64,000 bases of DNA. Origin: the human T2T-CHM13v2.0 reference genome, Homo sapiens. Where the stretch lies: the NCBI RefSeq assembly GCF_009914755.1, contig NC_060936.1; one strand, given 5' to 3'. The position numbers and the translations under genes are program-made. The notes under the pieces were generated by a model that saw only the letters and a program-made list of their open reading frames with translations, made no database searches and was not told where the DNA came from. Shown here in pieces: positions 24,805 to 38,100 of the stretch (position 1 is the stretch's first letter; every line of letters begins with the position of its first letter).

Positions 24805-27800
24805 GCCTCAAAGAGGTGCAAATATCCACTTGCAGACATTACAAAGACAGTGTCTCCAAACTCCTCAATCAAAAGAAAGGTTATACTCTGTGAATTGAAC
24901 GCACACATCACAAAGTAGTTTCTGGGAAAGATTCTGTCTAGTTTTTATACGAAGATATTTCCTTTTCTACATTTTGCCTAAAAGCGCTTGAAATCTCCAC
25001 GTGCAAATATCACAGAAAGAGTGTTTCACATCTGCTCTGTCTAAAGGACAGTTCACCTCTGTGAGTTGAATAGAGGCAACACAAAGAAGTTACTGAGTAT
25101 TCTTCTTTCTAGCGGGATATGAATAAATCCCATTTCCAATGAAGGCCTCAAAGAGCTCCAAATATCTGCTTGCAAACTTTACAAACAGAGGGTATCCAAA
25201 CTACTCTATGAAAAGAAAGCTTAAACTCCGTGAGTTGAACGCACACATCACAAATTAGTCTCTGAGAATGATTCTGTCTTGTTTTTATACGAAGGTATTT
25301 CCGTTTCTACGAATGGCCTCAAAGCCATTGAAATCTCCAACTGGAAACTGCACAAATAGAGTATTTCAAATGTGCTCTGTCTAAAGGAAGGTTCAACTCT
25401 GTGAGTTGAATACACACACCACAAATAAGTTACTGAGAATTCTTCTGTCGAACATTACATGAAGAAATCCCGTTTCCAACGAAGGCCTCACAGAGGTCCA
25501 AATATCCACTTGCAGACATTACAAACAGAGTGTTTCCAAACTGCTCCATCAAAAGAAAGGTTAAACTCTGTGAGCTGAACACACACATCAAAAAGAAGTT
25601 TCTGTGAATGATGCTGTCTAGATGTTATACGAAGATGTTTCCTTTTCTACCATTGGCCTCAAAGCGCTTTAAATCTCCAGCTTCAAATTCCACAAAAAGG
25701 GTGTTTCACATCTTCTCTGTCTAAAGGAAAGTTCAATTCTGTTAGTTGAATGCACACAGCACAAACAAGTTACAGAGACTTCGTCTGTCTAACATTATAT
25801 AAAGAAATCCCGTTTCCAATGAAGGCCTCAAAGAAGTCCAAATAACCACTTACAGGTTTGACAAACCGAGTGTTTCCAAACTGCTCCATCAAAAGAAATG
25901 TTTAACTTTGTGAGTTGAACACACACATCAAAAAGTAGTTTCTGTGAATGATTCCGTGTAGTTTTTATACGAAGATGTTTCGTTTTCTACCTTTGGTCTC
26001 AAAGCGATTGAAATCTCCACATGGAAACTCCACAAAAAGAGTATTTCAAATCTGCTCTTTCTGAAGGAAGGTTCAACTCTGTTAGTTGAATATACACACC
26101 GCAAATAAGTTACTGAGAATTCTTCTGTGTAATATTATATGAGGAAATCCAGTTTCCAACGAAGGCCTCAAAGAGGTGCAAATATCCACTTGCAGACATT
26201 ACAAAGACAGTGTCTCCAAACTCCTCAATCAAAAGAAAGGTTATACTCTGTGAATGGAACGCAGACATCACAAAGTAGTTTCTGGGAATGATACTGCCTA
26301 GATTCATACGAAGATATTTCCTTTCCTACATTTGGCCTAAAAGCGTTTGAAATCTCCACTTGCCAATATCACAAAAAGAGTGCTTCACATCTGCTCTTTC
26401 TAAAGGACAGTTCACCTCTGTGTGTTGAATAGAGGCAACACAAAAAAGTTACTCAGTATTCTTCTTTCTAGCGTGATATGAAGAAATCCCGTTTCCACCG
26501 AAGGCCTAAAAGAGGTCCAAATATCTGCTTGCAAACTGTACAAACAGAGTGTATCCAAACTACTCTGTGAAAAGAAAGCTTAAACTCCTTGATTTGAACG
26601 CACACATCACAAAGTAGTCTCTGAGAATGATTCTGTCTTGTTTTTATACGAAGATATTTCCGTTTCGACGAATGGCCTCAAAGCGATTGAAATCTCCAAC
26701 TGGACACTGCACAAATAGAGTGTTTCAAATCTGCTCTGTCTAAAGGAAGGTTCAACTCTGTGAGTTGAATACATGCACCACAAATAAGTTACTGAGACTT
26801 CTTCTGTCGAACATTACATAAAAAAATCCCGTTTCCAACGAAGGCCTCAAACAAGTCCAAATATCTGCTTGCAGATTTACAAACAGAGTGTATCCAAACT
26901 ACTCTATAAAAAGAAAGCTTAAACTCCGTGAGTATTACGCACACATCAAAAATTAGTCTCTGAGAATGATTCTGTCTTGTTTTTATACGAAGATATTTCC
27001 GTTTCTACGATTGGCCTCAAAGCGATTGAAATCTCCAACTGGAAACTGCACAAATAGAGTGTTTCAAACCTGCTCTGTCTAAAGGAAGGTTCAACTCTGT
27101 GAGTTGAATACACACACCACAAATAAGTTACTGAGAATTCTTCTGTCGAACATTACATGAAGAAATCCGGTTTCCAACGAAGGCCTCAAAGAGGTCCAAA
27201 TGTCCACTTGCAGACACTACAAACAGAGTGTTTCCAAACTGCTCCATCAAAAGAAAGGTTAAACTCTGTGAGCTGAACACACACATCAGAAAGAAGTTTC
27301 TGTGAATGATGCTGTCTAGATGTTATACGAAGATGTTTCCTTTTCTACCATTGGCCTCAAAGAGCTTTAAATCTCCAGCTGCAAATTCCACAAAAAGGGT
27401 GTTTAACATCTGCTCTTCTAAAGGAAATTTCCACGCTGTGAGTTGAACACACACAGCACACATAAGTTACTGAGAATTCTTCTGTCTAACATTATATGAA
27501 GAAATCCCGTTTCCAACGGAGGCCTCAAGGAGGTCCAAATATCCACTTGCAGACGTGACAAACAGAGTGTTTCCAAACTGCTCCATCAAAAGAAAGGTTA
27601 AACTCTGTGAGTTGAACACACACATCACAAAGTAGTTTCTGTGAATGATTCTGTCTAGTTTTTATACGAAGATGTTTCCTTTTCTACCTTTGGTCTCAAA
27701 GCGATTGAAATCTCCACATGGAAACTCCACAAAAAGAGTCTTTCAAATCTGATCTTTCTGAAGGAAGGTTCAACTCTGTGAGTTGAATACACACAGCACA

Positions 27801-30800
27801 AATAAGCTACTGAGAATTCTTCCGTTTAACATTATATGAGGAAAAACCGTTTCCAACGAAGGCCTCAAAGAGGTCCAAATATTCACTTGCAGACTTTACA
27901 AAGACAGTGTCTCCAAACTCCTCCATCAAAAGAAAGGTTATACTCTGTGAATTGAACGCACACATCACAAAGTAGTTTCTGAGAAGGATTCTGTCTAGTT
28001 TTAATACGAAGATATTTCCTTTTCTACATTTGGCATAAAAGCGCTTGAAATCTCCACCTGCAGATGTCACAAAAAGAGGGTTTCACATCTGCTCTGTCTA
28101 AAGGACAGTTCACCTCTGTGAGTTGAATAGAGGCAACACAAAGAAGTTACTGAGTATTCTTCTTTCTAGCGTTATATGAAGAAATCCCGTTTCCAACGAA
28201 GGCCTCAAAGAGGTCCAAATATCTGCGTGTAGACTTTACAAACAGAGTGTTTCCAAAATACTCTATGAAAAGAAAGCTTAAACTCGGTGACTTGAACGCA
28301 CAAATCACAATGTAGTTTCTGAGAATGATTCTGTCTTGTTTATATACGAAGATATTTCCGTTTCTACGATTGGCCTCAAAGCGATTGAAATCTCCAACTG
28401 GAAACTGCACAAATAGAGTGTTTCAAACCTGCTCTGTCTAAAGGAAGGTTCAACTCTGTGAGTTGAATACACACACCACAAATAAGTTACTGAGAATTCT
28501 TCTGTCGAACATTACAAGAAGAAATCCCGTTTCCAACGAAGGCCTCAAAGAGGTCCAAATATCCACTTGCAGACATGACAAACAGAGTGTTTCCAAACTG
28601 CTCCATCAAAAGAAAGGTTAAACTCTGTGAGTTGAACACACACATCAAAAAGAAGTTTCTGTGAATGATTCTGTCTAGATTTTATACGAAGATGTTTCCT
28701 TTTCTACCATAGGTCTCAAAGCGCTTGAAATCTCCACATGGAAACTCCACAAAAAGAGTGTTTCAAATCTGCTCTTTCGGAAGGAAGGTTCAACTCTTTG
28801 AGATGAATACACACAGCGCAAGTAAGTTACTGAGAATTCATCTGTGTAACTTTATATGAGGAAAACCCGTTTCCAACGAAGGCTTCAAAGAGGTCCAAAT
28901 ATCCACTTGCAGACTTTACAAAGACAGTGTCTCCAAACTCCTCCATCAAAACAAAGGTTATACTCTGTGAATTGAACGCACACATCACCAAGTAGTTTCT
29001 GAGAATGATTCTGTCTAGTTTTTATACGAAGATATTTCCTTTTCTACATTTGGCCTAAAAGCGCTTGATATCTCCACCTGCAAATATCACAAAAAGAGGG
29101 TTTCACATCTGCTCTGTCTAAAGGACAGTTCACTTCTCTGAGTTGAATAGAGGCAACAAAAAGAAGTTTCTGAGTATTCTTCTTTTTAGCTTTATATGAA
29201 GAAATCCCGTTTCCAACGAAAGCCTCAAAGAGGTCCAAATATCTGCTTGCAGACTTTACAGACAGAGTGTTTCCAAACTACTCTATGAAAAGAAAGCTTA
29301 AACTCCGTGAGTTGAACGCACACATCACAAAGTAGTTTCTGACAATGATTCTGTCTTGTATTTATACGAAGATATTTCCGTTTCTACGATTGGCCTCAAA
29401 GCGATTGAAATCTCCAACTGGAAACTGCACAGATAGGGTGTTTCAAATGTGCTCCGTCTAAAGGAAGGTTGGACTCTGGAGTTGAATACACACACCACAA
29501 ATAAGTTACTGAGAATTCTTCTGTCGAACATTACATGAAGAAATCCCGTTTCCAACGAAGGCCTCAAAGAGGTCCAAATATCCACTTGCAGACATTACAA
29601 ATAGAATGTTTCCAAACTGCTCCATCAAAAGAATGGTTAAACTCTGTGAGTTGAACACACATATCAAAAAGAAGTTTCTGTGAATGATTCTGTCTAGATT
29701 TTATACGAAGATGTTTCCTTTTCTAACATAGGCCTCAAAGCACTTGAAATCTCCAGCTGCAAATTCCACAAAAAGGGTGTTTAACATCTGCTCTTCTAAA
29801 GGAAAGTTCCACTCTGTGAGTTGAATACACACAGCAGAAATAAGTTACTGAGAATTCTTCTGTCTAACATTATATGAAGAAATTCCGTTTCCAACGAAGG
29901 CCACAAAGAGGTCCAAATATCCACTTGCAGACGTGACAAACAGAGTGTTTCCAAACTGCTCCATCAAAAGAAAGTTTAAACTCTGTGAGTTGAACAGACA
30001 CATCACAAAGTAGTTTCTGTGAATGATTCTGTCTAGATTTTATACGAAGATGTTTCCTTTTCTACCATAGGCCTCAAAGCGCTTGAAATCTCCACATGGA
30101 AACTCCACAAAAAGAGTGTTTCAAATCTGCTCTTTCTGAAGGAAGGTTCAACTCTTTGAGATGAATACACACTGCACAAGTAAGTTACTGAGAATTCATC
30201 TGTGTAACATTATGTGAGGAAACCCGTTTCCAACGAAGGCTTCAAAGAGGTCCAAATATCCACATGCAGACTTTACAAAGACAGTGTCTCCAAACTCCTC
30301 CATCAAAACAAAGGTTATACTCTATGAATTGAACGCACACATCACAAAGTAGTTTCTGAGAATGATTCTGTCTAGTTTTTATACGAAGATATTTCCTTTT
30401 CTACATTTGGCCTAAAAGCACTTGAAATCTCCACCTACAGATGTCACAAAAAGAGGGTTTCACATCTGCTCTGTCTAAAGGACAGTTCAACTCTGTGAGT
30501 TGAATAGAGGCAACACAAAGAAGTTACTGAGTATTCTTCTTTCTAGCGTTATATGAAGAAATCCCGTTTCCAACGAAGGCCTCAAAGAGGTCCAAATATC
30601 TGCTTGTAGACTTACAGACAGAGTGTTTCCAAACTACTCTATGAAAAGAAAGCTTAAACTCCGTGACTTGAACGCGCACATCACAAAGTAGTTTCTGAGA
30701 ATGATTCTGTCTTGTTTTTATACGAAGATATTTCCGTTTCTACGATTGGCCTCAAAGCGATTGAAATCTCCAACTGGAAACTGCACAAACAGAGTGTTTC

Positions 30801-33600
30801 AAATGTGCTCTGTCTAAAGGAAGTTTCAACTCTGTGAGTTGAATACACACCCCACAAATAAGTTACTGAGAATTCTTCTGTCGAACATTACAAGAAGAAA
30901 TCCCGTTTCCAACGAAGGCCTCAAAGAGGTCCAAATATCCACTTGCAGACATGACAAACAGAGTGTTTCCAAACTCCTCCATCAAAAGAAAGGTTAAACT
31001 CTGTGAGTTGAACACACACATCAAAAAGAAGTTTCTGTCAATGATTCTGTCTAGATTTTATACGAAGATGTTTCCTTTTCTACCATAGGCCTCAAAGCGC
31101 TTGAAATCTCCACATGGAAACTCCACAAAAGGAGTGTTTCAAATCTGCTCTTTCGGAAGGAAGGTTCAACTCTTTGAGATGAATACACACAGCACAAGTA
31201 AGTTACTGAGAATTCATCTGTGTAACTTTATATGAGGAAAACCCGTTTCCAACGAAGGCTTCAAAGAGGTCCAAATATCCACTTACAGACATTACAAAGA
31301 CAGTGTCTCCAAACTCCTCCATCAAAACAAAGGTTATACTCTGTGAATTCAACGCACACATCACCAAGTAGTTTATGAGAATGATTCTGTCTGTTTTTTA
31401 TACGAAGAGATTTCATTTTCTACATTTGGCCTAAAAGCGCTTGAAATCTCCACCTACAGATGTCACAAAAAGAGGGTTTCACATCTGCTCTGTCTAAAGG
31501 ACAGTTCATCTCTGTGAGTTGCATAGGGGCAACACAAAGAAGTTACTGAGTATTCTTCTTTCTGGCGTTACATGAAGAAATCCCGTTTCCAACGATGGCC
31601 TCAAAGAGGTCCAAATATCTGCTTGTACAATTACAGACAGAGTGTTTCCAAACTACTCTAGGAAAAGAAAGCTTTAACTCCGTGAGTTGAACGCACACAT
31701 CACAAAGTAGTTTCTGAGAATGATTCTGTCTTGTTTTTCTACGAAGATATTTCCGTTTCTACGATTGGCCTCAAAGCGATTGAAATCTCCTACTGGAAAC
31801 TGCACAAATAGAGTGTTTCAAATGTGCTCTGTCTAAAGGAAGGTTCAACTCTGTGAATTGAATACACACACCAGAAATAAGTTACTGAGAATTCTTCTGT
31901 CGAACATTACAAGAAGAAATCCCGTTTCCAACGAAGGCCTCAAAGAGGTCCAAATATCCACTTGCAGACATTACAAACAGAGTGTTTCCAAACTGCTCCA
32001 TCAAAAGAAAGGCTAAACTCTGTGAGATGAACACACACATCACAAAGTAGTTTCTGAGAATGATTCTGTCTAGTTTTTATACGAAGATGTTTCCTTTTCT
32101 ACCTTTGGTCTCAAAGCGATTGAAATCTCCACATGGAAACTCCACAAAAAGAGCGTTTCAAATCTGCTCCTTCTGAAGGAATGTTCAGCTCTGTGAGTTG
32201 AATACACACACCACAAATAAGTTACTGAGAATTCTTCTGTGTAACATTATATGAGGAAAACCCGTTTCCAACGAAGGCCTCAAAGAGGTCCAAATATCCA
32301 CTTGCAGACTTTACAAAGACAGTGTCTCCAAACTCCTCCATCAAAAGAAAGGTTATATTCTACGAATTGAACGCACACATCACAAAGTAGTTTCCGGGAA
32401 TGATTCTGTCTAGTTTTTAAACGAAGATGTTTCCCTTTCTACCATAGGCCTCAAAGTGCTTGAAATCTCCAGCTGCAAATTCCACAAAAAGGGTGTTTAA
32501 CATCTGCTCTTCTAAAGGAAAGTTCCAGTCTGTGAGTTGAATACACACAGCACAAATAAGTTACTGAGACTTCTTCTGTCTAACATTATATGAAGAAATC
32601 CCGTTTCCAACGAAGGCCTCAGAGGTCCAAATATCCACTTGCAGACGTGACAAACAGAGTGTTTCCAAACTGCTCCATCAAAAGAAAGGCTAAACTCTGT
32701 GAGTTGAACACACACATCACAAAGTAGTTTCTGAGAATGATTCTGTCTAGTTTTTATACGAAGATGTTTCCTTTTCTACCTTTGGTCTCAAAGCGATTGA
32801 AATCTCCACATGGAAACTCCACAAAAAGAGTGTTTCAAATCTGCTCTTTCTGAAGGAAGGTCCAAATCTGTGAGTTGAATACACACAGCACAAGTAAGTT
32901 ACTGAGAATGCTTCTGTGTAACATTATATGAGGAAATCCCGTTTCCAACGAAGTCCTCAAAGAGGTCCAAATATCCACTTGCAGACTTTACAAAGACAGT
33001 GTCTCCAAACTCCTCCATCAAAAGAAAGCTTATACTCTGTGAATTGAACGCACACATCACAAAGTAGTTTCTGAGAATGATTCTGTCTAGTTTTTATACG
33101 AAGATATTTCCTTTTCTACATTTGGCCTAAAAGCGCTTGAAATCTCCACCTACAGATGTCACAAAAAGAGGGTTTCACATCTGCTCTGTCTAAAGGACAG
33201 TTCATCTCTGTGAGTTGCATAGGGGCAACACAAAGAAGTTACTGAGTATTCTTCTTTCTAGCGTTATATGAAGAAATCCCGTTTCCAACGAAGGCCTCAA
33301 AGAGGTCCAAATATCTGCTTGTAGACTTACAGACAGAGTGTTTCCAAACTACTCTAGGAAAAGAAAGCTTTAACTCCGTGAGTTGAACGCACACATCACA
33401 AAGTAGTTTCTGAGAATGATTCTGTCTTGTTTTTCTACGAAGATATTTCCGTTTCTACGATTGGCCTCAAAGCGATTGAAATCTCCAACTGGAAACTGCA
33501 CAAAAAGAGTGTTTCAAATCTGCTCTGTCTAAAGGAAGGTTCAACTCTGTGAGTTGAATACACACACCACAAATAAGTTACTGAGAATTCTTCTGTCGAA
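24791..33600 (-). repeat. Divergent layer of the 8-mer HOR family (irregular 6-, 8- and 10-mer units with many private substitutions)
   Basis: The same four dimer types as the right domain (ggacagttcacct/tagaggcaac; ttccgtttctacgattgg/actgcacaaatag; ctccagctgc/gggtgtttaac; ctttggtctc/catggaaactcc) occur, but in irregular order, with hybrids and many unique mutations. Confidence 0.85.
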
Positions 33601-33615
33601 CATTACATGAAGAAA

Positions 33616-33632
33616 TCCCGTTTCCAACGAAG
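33616..33632 (-). promoter_or_regulatory. CENP-B box (intact; representative of ~90 box positions spaced ~340 bp across 33.6-64 kb, about 70 intact by manual count)
   Basis: tcccgtttccaacgaag repeats every 339-340 bp to 63845. Confidence 0.93.
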
Positions 33633-35111
33633 GCCTCAAAGAGGTCCAAATATCCACTTGCAGACATTACAAACAGAGTGTTTCCAAACTGCTCCATCAA
33701 AAGAAAGGTTAAACTCTGTGAGCTGAACACACACATCAAAAAGAAGTTTCTGTGAATGATTCTGTCTAGACTTTAGAAGAAGATGTTTCCTTTTCTACCG
33801 TAGGCCTCAAAGCGCTTGAAATCTCCAGGTGCAAATTCCACAAAAAGGGTGTTTAACATCTGCTCTTCTAAAGGAAAGTTCAACTCCATGAGTTGAATAC
33901 ACACAGCACAAAGAAGTTACTGAGACTTCTCCTATCAAACATTATATGAAGAAATCCCGTTTCCAACGAAGGCCTCAAAGAGGTCCAAATATCCACTTGC
34001 AGACGTGACAAACAGAGTGTTTCCAAACTGCTCCATCCAAAGAAAGGTTAAACTCTGTGAGTTGAACACACACATCACAAAGTAGTGTCTGTGAATGATT
34101 CTGTCTAGTTTTTATACGAAGATGTTTCCTTTTCTACCTTTGGTCTCAAAGCCATTGAAATCTCCACATGGAAACTCCACAAAAAGAGTGTTTCAAATCT
34201 GCTCTTTCTGAAGGAAGGTTCAACTCTGTGAGTTGAATACACACACCACAAATAAGTTACTGAGAATTCTTCTGTCGAACATTACATGAAGAAATCCCGT
34301 TTCCAACGAAGGCCACAAAGAGGTCCAAATATCCACTTGCAGACATTACAAAGACAGTGTCTCCAAACTCCTCCATCAAAAGAAAGCTTATCCTCTGTGA
34401 ATTGAACGCACACATCACAAAGTAGTTTCTGAGAATGATTCTGTCTAGTTTTTATACGAAGATATTTCCTTTTCTACATTTGGCCTAAAAGCGCTTGAAA
34501 TCTCCACCTGCAAATATCACAAAAAGAGGGTTTCACATCTGCTCTGTCTAAAGGACAGTTCACCTCTGTGAGTTGAATAGAGGCAGCACAAAGGAGTTAC
34601 TGAGTATTCTTCTTTCTAGCGTTACATGAAGAAATCCCGTTTCCAACGAAGGCCTCAAAGAGGTCCAAATATCTGCTTGCAGACTTTACAGACAGAGTGT
34701 TTCCAAACTACTCTATGAAAAGAAAGCTTAAACTCCTTGAGTTGAACGCACACATCACAAAGTAGTTTCTGAGAATGATTCTGTCTTGTTTTTATACGAA
34801 GATATTTCCGTTTCTATGATTGGCCTCCAAGCGACTGAAATCTCCAACTGGAAACTGCACAAATAGGGTGTTTCAAATCTGCTCTGTCTAAAGGAAGGTT
34901 CAACTCTGTGAGTTGAATACACACACCACAAATAACTTACTGAGAATTCTTCTGTCGAACATTACATGAAGAGATCCCGTTTCCAACGAAGGCCTCAAAG
35001 AGGTCCAAATATCCACTTGCAGACATTACAAAGAGAGTGTTTCCAAACTGCTCCATCAAAAGAAAGGTTAAACTCTGTGAGCTGAACACACACATCAAAA
35101 AGAATTTTTTG

Positions 35112-38100
35112 TGAATGATTCTGTCTAGATTTTAGAAGAAGATGTTTCCTTTTCTACCGTAGGCCTCAGAGCGCTTGAAATCTCCAGCTGCAAATTCCAC
35201 AAAAAGGGTGTTTAACATCTGCTCCTCTAAAGGAAAGTTCAACTCTATGAGTTGAATACACACAGCACAAAGAAGTTACTGAGACTTCTCCTATCAAACA
35301 TTATATGAAGAAATCCCGTTTCCAATGAAGGCCTCAAAGAGGTCCAAATATCCACTTGCAGACGTGACAAACAGAGTTTTTCCAAACTGCTCCATCAAAA
35401 GAAAGGTTAAACTCTGTGAGTTGAACACACACATCACAAAGTAGTTTCTGTGAATGATTCTGTCTAGTTTTTATACGAAGATGTTTCCTTTTCTACCTTT
35501 GGTCTCAAAGCCATTGAAATCTCCCCATGGAAACTCCACAAAAAGAGTGTTTCAAATCTGCTTTTTCTGAAGGAAGGTTCAACTCTGTGAGTTGAATACA
35601 CACACCACAAATAAGTTACTGAGAATTCTTCTGTGTAACATTATAGGAGGAAATCCCGTTTCCAATGAAGGCCTCAAAGAGGTCCAAATATCCCCTTGCA
35701 GACATTACAAACAGAGTGTTTCCAAACTGCTCCATCAAAAGAAAGGTTAAACTCTGTGAGCTGAACACACACATCAAAAAGAAGTTTCTGTGAATGATTC
35801 TGTCTAGACTTTAGAAGAAGATGTTTCCTTTTCTACCGTAGGCCTCAAAGCGCTTGAAATCTCCAGCTGCAAATTCCACAAAAAGGGTGTTTAACATCTG
35901 CTCTTCTAAAGGAAAGTTCAACTCCATGAGTTGAATACACACAGCCCAAAGAAGTTACTGAGACTTCTCCTATCAAATATTATATGAAGAAATCCCGTTT
36001 CCAACGAAGGCCTCAAAGAGGTCCAAATATCCACTTGCAGACGTGACAAACAGAGTGTTTCCAAACTGCTCCATCAAAAGAAAGGTTAAACTCTGTGAGT
36101 TGAACACACACATCACAAAGTAGTTTCTGTGAATGATTCTGTCTAGTTTTTATACGAAGATATTTCCTTTTCTACCTTTGGTCTCAAAGCCATTGAAATC
36201 TCCACAGGGAAACTCCACAAAAAGAGTGTTTCAAATCTGCTCTTTCTGAAGGAAGGTTCAACTCTGTGAGTTGAATACACACACAACAAATAAGTTACTG
36301 AGAATTCTTCTGTGTAACATTATAGGAGGAAATCCCGTTTCCAACGAAGGCCTCAAAGAGGTCCAAATATCCACTTGCAGACTTTACAAAGACAGTGTCT
36401 CCAAACTCCTCCATCAAAAGAAAGCTTATCCTCTGTGAATTGAACGCACACATCACAAAGTAGTTTCTGAGAATGATTCTGTCTAGTTTTTATACGAAGA
36501 TATTTCCTTTTCTACATTTGGCCTAAAAGCGCTTGAAATCTCCACCTGCAAATATCACAAAAAGAGGGTTTCACATCTGCTCTGTCTAAAGGACAGTTCA
36601 CCTCTGTGAGTTGAATAGAGGCAGCACAAAGAAGTTACTGAGTATTCTTCTTTCTAGCGTTACATGAAGAAATCCCGTTTCCAACGAAGGCCTCAAAGAG
36701 GCCCAAATACCTGCTTGCAGACTTTACAGACAGAGTGTTTCCAAACTACTCTATGAAAAGAAAGCTTAAACTCCTTGAGTTGAACGCACACATCACAAAG
36801 TAGTTTCTGAGAATGATTCTGTCTTGTTTTTATACGAAGATATTTCCGTTTCTATGATTGGCCTCCAAGCGATTGAAATCTCCAACTGGAAACTGCACAA
36901 ATAGGGTGTTTCAAATCTGCTCTGTCTAAAGGAAGGTTCAATTCTGTGAGTTGAATACACACACCACAAATAACTTACTGAGAATTCTTCTGTCCAACAT
37001 TGCAGGAAGAGATCCCGTTTCCAACGAAGGCCTCAAAGAGGTCCAAATATCCACTTGCAGACATTACAAACAGAGTGTTTCCAAACTGCCCCATCAAAAG
37101 AAAGGTTAAACTCTGTGAGCTGAACACACACATCAAAAAGAAGTTTCTGTGAATGCTTCTGTCTAGACTTTAGAAGAAGATGTTTCCTTTTCTACCGTAG
37201 GCCTCAAAGCGCTTGAAATCTCCAGCTGCAAATTCCACAAAAAGGGTGTTTAACATCTGCTCTTCTAAAGGAAAGTTCAACTCCATGAGTTGAATACACA
37301 CAGCCCAAAGAAGTTACTGAGACTTCTCCTATCAAACATTATATGAAGAAATCCCGTTTCCAACGAAGGCCTCAAAGAGGTCCAAATATCCACTTGCAGA
37401 CGTGACAAACAGAGTGTTTCCAAACTGCTCCATCTAAAGAAAGGTTAAACTCTGTGAGTCGAACACACACATCACAAAGTAGTTTCTGTGAATGATTCTG
37501 TCTAGTTTTTATACGAAGATGTTTCCTTTTCTACCTTTGGTCTCAAAGCCATTGAAATCTCCACATGGAAACTCCACAAAAAGAGTGTTTCAAATCTGCT
37601 CTTTCTGAAGGAAGGTTCAACTCTGTGAGTTGAATACACACACCACAAATAAGTTACTGAGAATTCTTCTGTGTAACATTATAGGAGGAAATCCCGTTTC
37701 CAACGAAGGCCTCAAAGAGGTCCAAATATCCACTTGCAGACTTTACAAAGACAGTGTCTCCAAACTCCTCCATCAAAAGAAAGCTTATCCTCTGTGAATT
37801 GAACGCACACATCACAAAGTAGTTTCTGAGAATGATTCTGTCTAGTTTTTATACGAAGATATTTCCTTTTCTACATTTGGCCTAAAAGCGCTTGAAATCT
37901 CCACCTGCAAATATCACAAAAAGAGGGTTTCACATCTGCTCTGTCTAAAGGACAGTTCACCTCTGTGAGGTGAATAGAGGCAGCACAAAGAAGTTACTGA
38001 GTATTCTTCTTTCTAGCGTTACATGAGGAAATCCCGTTTCCAACGAAGGCCTCAAAGAGGTCCAAATATCTGCTTGCAGACTTTACAGACAGAGTGTTTC

